The translations under genes were made by a program, and so were the position numbers. A stretch of DNA of 64,000 nucleotides from Phycisphaerae bacterium. Its GTDB lineage: Bacteria; Planctomycetota; Phycisphaerae; SM23-33. The notes below the pieces were generated by a model. The model did no database searches. It was not told the DNA's origin and saw only the letters and a list, made by a program, of their open reading frames with translations. Positions 10,305-17,990 of this stretch are shown here, piece by piece. The stretch lies in assembly GCA_041661865.1 (NCBI GenBank), contig JBAZTO010000005.1, positions 28,128 to 92,127 of the forward strand, in the 5' to 3' direction. Positions within the stretch are counted from its first letter, which is position 1. Each line of letters opens with the position of its first letter.

Positions 10305-10394
10305 GCGATGGTGCCACGGCTGCGTCGTGTGCAGCCGTGCTTGACGCAGACACTGCTGCAAACACCGCAGCAGTGGCGCCCGATCCATCGTTTG
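10305..10394. repeat. Right copy (inverted) of the 8229-8320 repeat
   Basis: This is the reverse-complement match to the left copy. The spurious ORFs 9915..10400(-) and 8197..8436(+) translate to the same MDR.PLLRCLQQC peptide, which confirms the DNA identity. Confidence 0.8.
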
Positions 10395-10407
10395 AGTCAC
10401 CGATCGC

Positions 10408-13400
10408 TTACCCTTTGGGCGCGACCTCCAACGTCACGGGCGACATCAGGCCATGAGGGGTCAGTTGGTAATCGGTGATCCAATGTTTCTCGTTGGGCAT
10501 GAAGTTTTCCGGGCCGGTCCAGCGGGTCCAGGGCGTGTGGAGCGGGCCCAGGATGTTCTTGCGCCCGCCGATGACCTCGACGACCACTTCGTTCTCGCCC
10601 TCGGCCATCGCGTCGGTGATCTCCGCCACGAAAGGCGCCCACGGCATGGGCAGCACCTTTCCGTTGACATGCACCTCGGCGGCCGTGCATGCGACGTCCT
10701 TGAGGTTGATCCGCACGCGGCCGCGGGCGGGCTTGGTCACCCGCAGCTTGTATCGCACCGCCCCGCCGTAGAAGTCCAGCCCCTGGTTCAGCCAGGAACC
10801 CAGCTTCAGTTGCCCCGGCCGAGACACCAGCGTCATGTTGCCCGGGGCCGGGGAAGCCTGGCCTCGCCTGGCGACGCCGAAATCGCCCACCAGGTACAGG
10901 TCCTCGATCTCCATGTCGGCCCGGTAGTCCATGCTCAGCACGATCTCGTTGTCGCCGGCCTGGAGGCTCGATGCGATGTCGATGGTCTTGATGTCCTCGT
11001 CGATCCACCACCCATCGATGGCCCCGACCGGCTTGCCGTTGACAGTGATGCGATAGTTTCCGGGGCACTCCACCGCCAGCTTGCACTGGCGCGGCAGGAC
11101 GGTCACGTGGGCCATCCATCGCAACTGGACCGCTCCGCGGGGCTTGGTGTCCAGGACGCCGGTGGCGTACAGATACCACGGCTGGCAGAGGCCGTTGTCG
11201 CGCACGCCAAGGCCGAAGTGCTTGCGGATCAATTCCTCGGCCTTGAGCGTCGGCACGGGCTGGGAGAACTCCGCCTCGCCGATGCGGTACTGGCAGTAGT
11301 CCAGCGGCAGTGAGTTGGCCTCGGCCAGCTCGATGTCGAAGGGGCCGGCCAGGGACTTGGCCTCGCGCCAGACCGTTTCCTTCCTTGGCGCGGCGGCGTC
11401 GGGGCAGGCCAGACCCAGGCTGATCAGGGCCGAGCCGGTGGGGTCCAGGTGCAGATCGAACTCGACCCGCCCTGCCGCACTGTCGGCCTTGAGTCTCTTG
11501 CGCTGGCCCGTGACGGCGTCCCACAACACTACCGGCTTTCGCCCAGCCAGCGAGATGCGCACCTCCCTGGCGGCCTTGCGGTCGTGCGACTGGACGAACA
11601 GCAGTTGCCCGCCCTTGATCGTGCGCAGCATGGCCCAGACGTTACGCTCCTGCTTGCCGTCGGCGGCGGAGATTGAAACGCGCCGCGGCAGGACGGCCTC
11701 GATGGCGGGGATGAATTCCTCCACGCGGGCGCCGCAGCAGATCGCCTTGGCCGCCAGCGCGTCGCAGGCCGGGTCGGCCTGGCCGTCGATCCGATCGGGA
11801 CGCTGGCCGATGAAGACGACCTTGCCGCCCCCGGCGATGAAGCGCTCCAGCAGCCGCAGCGTCGTCTTGCAGATCGTCAGGCTCGGCGGAACGACCACCA
11901 GGCGGTAGGCCATCTTGCCGACCTTGATCTTGTCCTTGGCGGTCTTGCCGTGCCGGGCCAGCAGCGACTCGTCGGCAAAGTCCCAGTCGTAGTGCTCGCC
12001 CAGCAGGCCGTACATGATGGTGTTGAGCGATTCCTCCAGCATGTCCATCGTCTTCTTGGCCGCGGGGGCCATCACGCCCCAGGCGCTCTCGATGGGATGC
12101 AGCACCAGCACGTCGCGAACGGGCGCGCCCTGGGCGAGCATCAGGCTCAGGCGGCCGAAATAGTCCTCGACGATCTTGTACTGCTTCCACCACGGGCTGT
12201 GGTCGCAGATGCTGGCGGGATAGTCGCGCTTGGCCCCGCCGGCCAGGCTGTAGTGGAACAGGTGCGGGCAGCGGAAGTTGACGCCGACGGCGTACTGCCA
12301 GTCGCCGGTAAACTTGTGGCCTTCCAGCGGCCAGTCCCAGCCGGTGCAGCCGTACAACTCCGTCAGCACGCGATCGTGCCCCATCTGGTCGGCGACGCTG
12401 GTGCACTGCTTGGCCGTGATGAGTTCCTCAACCTGATCGCTCAGCAGGTCGATCCCCGGCCACTGCATGTGCTCGTAGTGCGGCATGCACGAGCCGACGT
12501 AGGTAGACTGGTAGCGAAGCCCGCCCTCGGCCAACTGGTGTCCCGTCAGTGCGAGGTTGTGCTCGACACACCACCGCCCGATCTGCACCGAGAAGCCCTC
12601 GACATACAACTCGGTGATGGTCAGGAAGTAGTCGCGAAGGACTTTGCTGAAGCCGCCGCCCACCGAGCCGTACGCCAATTCGGGCAGGTGGGCCAGCAGG
12701 TCGTAGCCGCGGCGGCGCTTGAACTCCTGCGGCAAGGCGGCCGTCCAGGGGAGGCGCGTGCCGGACGGGGTGCCGGGAAGACAAACCTGGCCGAAGTTGG
12801 GCTCGTCGGTGAAAATGGCCGGGATCACGCCGCCGGGATTGGCGAAATCCTTGCTGTATCGCTGGGCATACGCCTCGTGCGTCACGCGGATATACTCAGC
12901 CACCGCGGCGGGGTTCATCGTGTCCAGGTACGTGCCATCGTTGTGCCAGCCGATGGGCTGGTCACGAAGCAGGTCGAACGCCTCGCGCCGGAAGCCTTCC
13001 GGGGTCGGCGCGCCCTCGGCAGCCGGCGCGTAGGCCAAGACTTTGCCGTCGGAGGCCGTCTGAATTTCGAAGCTCGCCAGCCGCTGCGCCCCCTCGGCCG
13101 GGGCAGGCTCGGCGCTGAGCGTCACGTACGCGCTGCGGAACTCCGGGTGCGGGCGGGTCACCAACCCGCCGGCAGCGCCGCTGGGCCAGCGGTCCTCATC
13201 GTAGAGATAGGCCTTCATGCCCAGTTCGCGGGCCTTTTCCACGCACGCCGATACGCAGCGGAACCACTCCTCCGAGAGGTACTCGTTCTTCAGGCCGTAG
13301 CGGCTGTGCATGAAGAAGCCGCCCATGCCCGCGTCGTGCATGCTCTGGATCTGGCGGCAGAGGCGGTCGGGGACGAGTTTGTCGTTCCACGACCAGAAGG

Positions 13401-13464
13401 GCGCACTGCGGTAAATGGAAGGCGGGTTTTGCCACGCACTCAACAGGTCGGCCGGCTGCTCCAT
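10408..13464 (-). CDS. Large (~1018 aa) glycoside hydrolase, family not determined (possibly alpha-L-rhamnosidase/GH106-like)
   Basis: The N-terminus APFWSWNDKL...MHDAGMGGFFMHSRYGL...YLSEEWF and the long multi-domain body are typical of large GH enzymes. No signal peptide was confidently seen. Confidence 0.5.
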   Translation of the reverse strand: MEQPADLLSAWQNPPSIYRSAPFWSWNDKLVPDRLCRQIQSMHDAGMGGFFMHSRYGLKNEYLSEEWFRCVSACVEKARELGMKAYLYDEDRWPSGAAGGLVTRPHPEFRSAYVTLSAEPAPAEGAQRLASFEIQTASDGKVLAYAPAAEGAPTPEGFRREAFDLLRDQPIGWHNDGTYLDTMNPAAVAEYIRVTHEAYAQRYSKDFANPGGVIPAIFTDEPNFGQVCLPGTPSGTRLPWTAALPQEFKRRRGYDLLAHLPELAYGSVGGGFSKVLRDYFLTITELYVEGFSVQIGRWCVEHNLALTGHQLAEGGLRYQSTYVGSCMPHYEHMQWPGIDLLSDQVEELITAKQCTSVADQMGHDRVLTELYGCTGWDWPLEGHKFTGDWQYAVGVNFRCPHLFHYSLAGGAKRDYPASICDHSPWWKQYKIVEDYFGRLSLMLAQGAPVRDVLVLHPIESAWGVMAPAAKKTMDMLEESLNTIMYGLLGEHYDWDFADESLLARHGKTAKDKIKVGKMAYRLVVVPPSLTICKTTLRLLERFIAGGGKVVFIGQRPDRIDGQADPACDALAAKAICCGARVEEFIPAIEAVLPRRVSISAADGKQERNVWAMLRTIKGGQLLFVQSHDRKAAREVRISLAGRKPVVLWDAVTGQRKRLKADSAAGRVEFDLHLDPTGSALISLGLACPDAAAPRKETVWREAKSLAGPFDIELAEANSLPLDYCQYRIGEAEFSQPVPTLKAEELIRKHFGLGVRDNGLCQPWYLYATGVLDTKPRGAVQLRWMAHVTVLPRQCKLAVECPGNYRITVNGKPVGAIDGWWIDEDIKTIDIASSLQAGDNEIVLSMDYRADMEIEDLYLVGDFGVARRGQASPAPGNMTLVSRPGQLKLGSWLNQGLDFYGGAVRYKLRVTKPARGRVRINLKDVACTAAEVHVNGKVLPMPWAPFVAEITDAMAEGENEVVVEVIGGRKNILGPLHTPWTRWTGPENFMPNEKHWITDYQLTPHGLMSPVTLEVAPKG

Positions 13465-13540
13465 CGAATGTCTCCTTCAAGCACGCCCGCACGGGGCGGC
13501 GGTGAAGGTGACCATTCTCGTTAGTCGTGTCCGCAGATCA

Positions 13541-13580
13541 ATAAAAAAAGCTGCCGCCACGGCTGTGACGGCAGTTTTGC
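13541..13580 (-). terminator. Bidirectional intrinsic terminator (A-tract, hairpin ctgccg...cggcag, T-tract) downstream of the sigma factor gene
   Basis: aataaaaaaagCTGCCGccacggctgtgaCGGCAGtttt. Confidence 0.7.
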
Positions 13581-13637
13581 GCCTACTTCGCCGCACTGGA
13601 TCTTGTCTCAGCGCGGCGTGCACATTTATGAACAAAC

Positions 13638-14606
13638 TCAGGCAGCCAGGAAGTCCTCATCCAGAACCGATCTAATTTTGCCCAGGGCTAAGTTCTGGAT
13701 CTGGCGCACCCGTTCATTGGTCAGGCCGACCATCTTGCCCACCTCCGCCAACGTCCTGCCCTTGCCCCCGGAGGGAATGGCGAACCGTTCCATGATGATG
13801 GTCCGCTCCACGTCGGTCAGGTTCGCGCGGTTCTGGGCCAGGATCTCGCGCAGGGCGTCCACGGAGTCTTCCCGCTGCATGTCGTGCTTGAGCAGGTCGT
13901 AGTCGCTACGCTCCAGGTCCGGGTCGAACTCCATCGGAAAATGCTGGCGATACCTGCCGGTGTTGGTGGCCAGGCGATTGAAGCTCTTGAGGATCGCGCG
14001 GCAGGCATAGGTGGAGAACTTGAAGCCGCGGGCCACGTCGAACTTGTCGACGCTGCGAAGCAGGGCCATGTTGCCCTCGCTGACCAACTCGCTGAACTCC
14101 ACGTTGGGAATCCGCGTCCGCTTGGCCATCGCCAGCACCAGGGCCATGTTCGCCCCGATCAACTTGGCGTGGGTCGTCACGACGCGGCCATACCACATGA
14201 CCATCTGGCGGGCCCGGCCGGTGGAACGACGCCGGCTCTGGGCCACAAGCAGCTTTCCCAGACGGTAGCGGGCGTAGTTGTACTGAAGGAACAATTTCAC
14301 CTCGTCGCGAGCGCCCAAGATCGTCCGTTGGGACCGCGCCTGCGGAATGTCCTCCACCACCTCCGGAAAATGCGTCCAGGCCGGAACCACGATCTCCGGC
14401 ACGTCCGGGCCAAACAACTGCTCCTCCGCCTTGGCGGACTCAAACAATTTGTTGCGAACGCAGTCCACCTTCACGGGGATGCGGTTATATGTGGCCTGCT
14501 CCTGTTCATTCAGGCCGGGAATCGTCATGCTCAGTGTCAGTTCAGCCTTCTGCAAAGTTGTCGTCATCAAAGCTCTCATACGCACTCCGTCCTTTCTTAA
14601 GGACAT
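13638..14606 (-). CDS. Sigma-70 family RNA polymerase sigma factor (RpoD/RpoH/FliA-like)
   Basis: Region 2 is GNMALLRSVDKFDVARGFKFSTYA. Region 4 is the HTH LAEVGKMVGLTNERVRQIQNLALGKIR. Confidence 0.85.
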   Translation of the reverse strand: MSLRKDGVRMRALMTTTLQKAELTLSMTIPGLNEQEQATYNRIPVKVDCVRNKLFESAKAEEQLFGPDVPEIVVPAWTHFPEVVEDIPQARSQRTILGARDEVKLFLQYNYARYRLGKLLVAQSRRRSTGRARQMVMWYGRVVTTHAKLIGANMALVLAMAKRTRIPNVEFSELVSEGNMALLRSVDKFDVARGFKFSTYACRAILKSFNRLATNTGRYRQHFPMEFDPDLERSDYDLLKHDMQREDSVDALREILAQNRANLTDVERTIIMERFAIPSGGKGRTLAEVGKMVGLTNERVRQIQNLALGKIRSVLDEDFLAA

Positions 14607-14948
14607 CTGTTGTGCAGTGCCGGATCTTCGCTGCTGCCGGAGCGGCTTCCTGTTCCGCTGGCCGCCCCAGCTTCCATCTGCACACTTATGGTACGTCCAA
14701 ACCTATTCTGGGCAATCGGGGCATAACGAAAACATGCCTATGTTACACCACTATTGTTATATGGGGGAAACCCTTAGGGCGGCATGGGGGCTTCCTCTAC
14801 ATAGGTACTTATCATCTATTAGGTTATGACTTTTATCTATGCGAGATGATCTTGGAATGAAGCGTGAATTGATGACCAGAGGAGGAACAAGACATGACTA
14901 CCAGCGTAAAGCCGGCGGGACATCAGCATCAATCATCACTCAAACACC

Positions 14949-15050
14949 TCACAGAACCGTTATCGTTGCGGCCAATAGCGTCGCCACACCGGCCAGGAAT
15001 ACGAGTACTTCAAAGATGTTCGCGCCCAGGTCCAGTGCCTTGTTCAGCAT
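14949..15050 (-). CDS. Candidate small membrane peptide (33 aa, MLNKALDLGANIFEVLVFLAGVATLLAATITVL)
   Basis: It has a perfect AAGGAG RBS 6 nt upstream of the ATG and a hydrophobic C-terminal helix. It is not in the ORF track because it is shorter than 60 aa. Confidence 0.35.
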   Translation of the reverse strand: MLNKALDLGANIFEVLVFLAGVATLLAATITVL

Positions 15051-15180
15051 CGCCGTCTCCTTATCGTTGTCATCTGCCCTTGTTTGCCTTGCCGGTCGGT
15101 CCGGTCCACTATTCAGACCGACCGGCTACCGTCTGGTCCTCCGACGCCTCCGTCGCTTGCCGCTGAGCGGCCGTTAGCAG

Positions 15181-16539
15181 CTAGAACTTCCAGACCAGGT
15201 CAGCCAGCACGGTGGCGGTCATGTCTTCGTAAGGGCTCGACCCGCTGGTCGTGGTCGGCGAAAAGACCGGCTGGGTCAGGAAGACGTTCACGCCGATGGT
15301 CAGGTTGTCCATCAGGTTGTACTCGCCGCCGATAACGTGCCCCTTGCGGTTGGCGAAGCCGAAATCGCTGTCGACGAACTGTCCCGGCAACGCATTGGCC
15401 TGCACCACCGCGTAGCGGTACTTGAGCGACCAGTCGCCCTTTTTCTTGTTCTGGCCCCACTTCACGCCGGTTGCGAAGGCGTTCCGCTGGTCGTCGTAGT
15501 CGTTGCTGGAGTCGGTGGCGCCACAGTTGTGCGCCCAGTCGCCCATGAATGCCAGGGGCTTGCCCGCGACGGGCAATTCCAGGTTGTTGGACAGGTTGAT
15601 GACCTGGAAGCCCGGTACTTTCGTCAGCGGGCTGTCGTTGCCGTTGGCCGAGGCGCCACTGTCGTCGTAGTGGTCGAAGTCCTGCAGGTTGGCTGCAAAG
15701 GTGTACTTCACGTCCTTGGTGATGGCGGTCTTCACGCCGGCCTGGTAGATAGCCATCGTGGCGTCGTAAACATCCGCCGACTCCCGCAGGAGGAAGTAGC
15801 CGCTGCCGACGAACGGAGTGACCGGCCCCATCTTGGGCAACGTGTATTCCGCCCAGAAGCCTTCGGGGTTCACGTCGGTGTCCATGAAGATCTCGTTCTC
15901 AACCCACGGCTTGATCATCTTGCCGCCAATGATCGCCAGGCCTTTGATCTGCTTGGGCGAGTACTTGGCGTAGGCCAGGTCGATCCACACGGGCTTTTTC
16001 GACCAGTCGCCGTCGAAGGTCTGGTTGGTCGAGGTCGGGTCTGAGCCGTTCTTGTTGTAGGTGCTGTCGCCATTGCCGCTGGCCAGGCGGAAGCCGACTT
16101 CCATCTGGTCTTCCAGCCAGGTCTTGACGAAGCCCGCGCGCAGGCGGAAGCGGGCACGATTGCGATTCTTCTTGTCATCCCCCTGGTTCTTGCCCCAGTT
16201 GTAGAACTGCCCGTCGTACCGCAGCCGCAGGTCGCCGGCAAACTTCAGGTTGTCCAGCCAGCCGGGCATCTGGGGCCGATTCTTGGCAGCCTCGTCATTG
16301 AGCTCCTTGAAGACCCGCCGCATCTCCTCCTGCTGCAACGCCTGCGTCGAGGCCTGCGAGGTTGTCTGCCTGCTCTCCACCTCGGCCAGGCGGCGATCCT
16401 GATCCTTGATCCGCTGCTTGAGGGCAGCGATGGTGGTGGCCATGTCCTCCTTGTCCTCCGCCGTCTCGCCCAGCAGCGGCGAGGCCAGGCAGAAGAGCCA
16501 CATCAGAATTGCTGCTCCAATCAACAATCTCCTTTGCAT
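15181..16539 (-). CDS. Outer-membrane porin-like beta-barrel protein with an N-terminal coiled-coil segment
   Basis: It has a signal peptide and a coiled-coil (TIAALKQRIKDQDRRLAEVE). It has alternating amphipathic strands rich in Y/G/N/D and a C-terminal DLVWKF ending in Phe. Confidence 0.6.
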   Translation of the reverse strand: MQRRLLIGAAILMWLFCLASPLLGETAEDKEDMATTIAALKQRIKDQDRRLAEVESRQTTSQASTQALQQEEMRRVFKELNDEAAKNRPQMPGWLDNLKFAGDLRLRYDGQFYNWGKNQGDDKKNRNRARFRLRAGFVKTWLEDQMEVGFRLASGNGDSTYNKNGSDPTSTNQTFDGDWSKKPVWIDLAYAKYSPKQIKGLAIIGGKMIKPWVENEIFMDTDVNPEGFWAEYTLPKMGPVTPFVGSGYFLLRESADVYDATMAIYQAGVKTAITKDVKYTFAANLQDFDHYDDSGASANGNDSPLTKVPGFQVINLSNNLELPVAGKPLAFMGDWAHNCGATDSSNDYDDQRNAFATGVKWGQNKKKGDWSLKYRYAVVQANALPGQFVDSDFGFANRKGHVIGGEYNLMDNLTIGVNVFLTQPVFSPTTTSGSSPYEDMTATVLADLVWKF

Positions 16540-16640
16540 GCAAGCTCCTTTCGCGTTGAGGGTCGGCTTGACCTACACCGGTCGCGCCTGCCAAGGGAGA
16601 GTGTTGCGGCCGGGAGATAACGGGGCGTGAAGAAGAGATG

Positions 16641-16653
16641 AAGATCGCGCTAA
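16641..16653. promoter_or_regulatory. Recurrent 13-mer AAGAT(C/T)GCGCTAA, copy 1, upstream of the porin gene
   Basis: The same 13-mer recurs at 21927-21939 and 26811-26823. Every copy is intergenic, 80-150 nt upstream of a minus-strand gene start. Confidence 0.4.
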
Positions 16654-16797
16654 GAATATTAACAACGCTAGTATATGAGGCGGGCCTGCCGGGAAATATC
16701 CCAGTTGTTGTGTAACCGCGCAGAACCCCGCTTCATGACCTTCGCGGGATCACGTGCAGGTTATGAAACCAGTCCTGGAGATTGCCGGGGCAGGGAA

Positions 16798-17358
16798 TCA
16801 GAAGCCCCAAGTACTGGGGAGATAGAACTGGTACATGGTCTGGCCGAGGCGCTCGGCCAGCCGCGGAATGTCGCCGAGATTTTCGACCGTCCCCTTGGCC
16901 ACCACCTGGCTGTTCCAGTCGAGCAGGAAGACCTCGCCCGGCTTGGGATTCAGGTACGCGCAGGAGGCGATGCCGCTGGGGTCGCGGAGTACCGTCAGGT
17001 ATCGGGCGGGGCTGGATTCCTTCTCCAATATCCATCCGCTCGGACTCTTACGCGACTCTGCCGGGACGATCTGGACGACATCGACGGGAAGATCGACGAA
17101 CTTCAGGCCATTGGCAAGGTCTACCAGCACCGACTCGGCCACGCCGCGACCTTCATTGGTCGTGAAGGCCACGATAGTCACATCCAGACGCATCTTGTTG
17201 AACGTGGTGAACCTGCCGTCCGGGCGGGCCACCGGAACGTCCGGCACGTGGTAGCCAAGATATATCTCTTTGGGAGGCTGGACGGTTCCAACCTGGCTCT
17301 GCGAGCAACCGATCAGGATCATCAGTCCCAAGCAGGCCGCCATTGAGATCGTTTTCAT
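16798..17358 (-). CDS. Hypothetical lipoprotein
   Basis: It has a signal peptide with lipobox LIGC and no recognised domain. Confidence 0.55.
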   Translation of the reverse strand: MKTISMAACLGLMILIGCSQSQVGTVQPPKEIYLGYHVPDVPVARPDGRFTTFNKMRLDVTIVAFTTNEGRGVAESVLVDLANGLKFVDLPVDVVQIVPAESRKSPSGWILEKESSPARYLTVLRDPSGIASCAYLNPKPGEVFLLDWNSQVVAKGTVENLGDIPRLAERLGQTMYQFYLPSTWGF

Positions 17359-17542
17359 GGCCAGTCCTTCCTTTCTGTGGGCGTGTCCACAGCATTGTAG
17401 TCTTAATCATTCGCCATCGACAGGTGGCCGGGGGCAACTTAGCGCTATTTGAACCGGGCTTTCATGCCCACATAGTATTATCGTCGCATCATGTCATTGA
17501 GCAGCGGTCAAATAGTTCCTGCCGCGAGCACAAAGGAGTAAA

Positions 17543-17741
17543 CATGAAGCTCTGTGTCAGAGTGTCCAGAAACAAGTACGGATCTTTCGATGCATGGTCC
17601 GTGGAACTGCCCGGCTGCATGGGCCGGGGAGAAAACGCCGCCGAGGCCGCCCGGGATTTTGTCGAGGCTTCGCGCGGATACCTGGCCGCCCTCAACAACT
17701 TCGTGCCGGAGATAGTTCGAGACGATCCGGTCGTCATCTAG
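17543..17741 (+). CDS. HicB-like / UPF0150 family antitoxin-like protein, orphan
   Basis: It is 66 aa (MKLCVRVSRNKYGSFDAWSVELPGCMGRGENAAEAARDFVEA) with an [10 protein letters not shown]. There is no adjacent HicA-like ORF. Confidence 0.55.
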
Positions 17742-17990
17742 AGCAAGTCCACTCCAAACCCAGCCTCGGGGATATTCTTCCACTCGCCGCCGCCTCTCAG
17801 CCGTAACGGTTCTCTTGCAGCCCCCGCACGTTCCGGCGTTGTCCAGTATTTCATCCTTCCTCTCCCTCCGCGCAAAAAGAGAGCCCTGACACCGAGTCAG
17901 GGCTCATTCAGGCAGGGAATTGCTTCTTCTAAAACTCTTGCAACCTACAACGGATACGTCTTTCTCACAAACACGGCTGTGCGGCTACAA

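Noticed and set aside
8229-10394. Interpretation of the inverted repeats as a phase-variable invertible gene cassette
   Set aside because: No site-specific recombinase (tyrosine or serine invertase) is encoded nearby. Each repeat is itself palindromic, so a REP/MITE-like or RNA-structure role is at least as likely. It is kept as a finding, but the inversion claim is not made.
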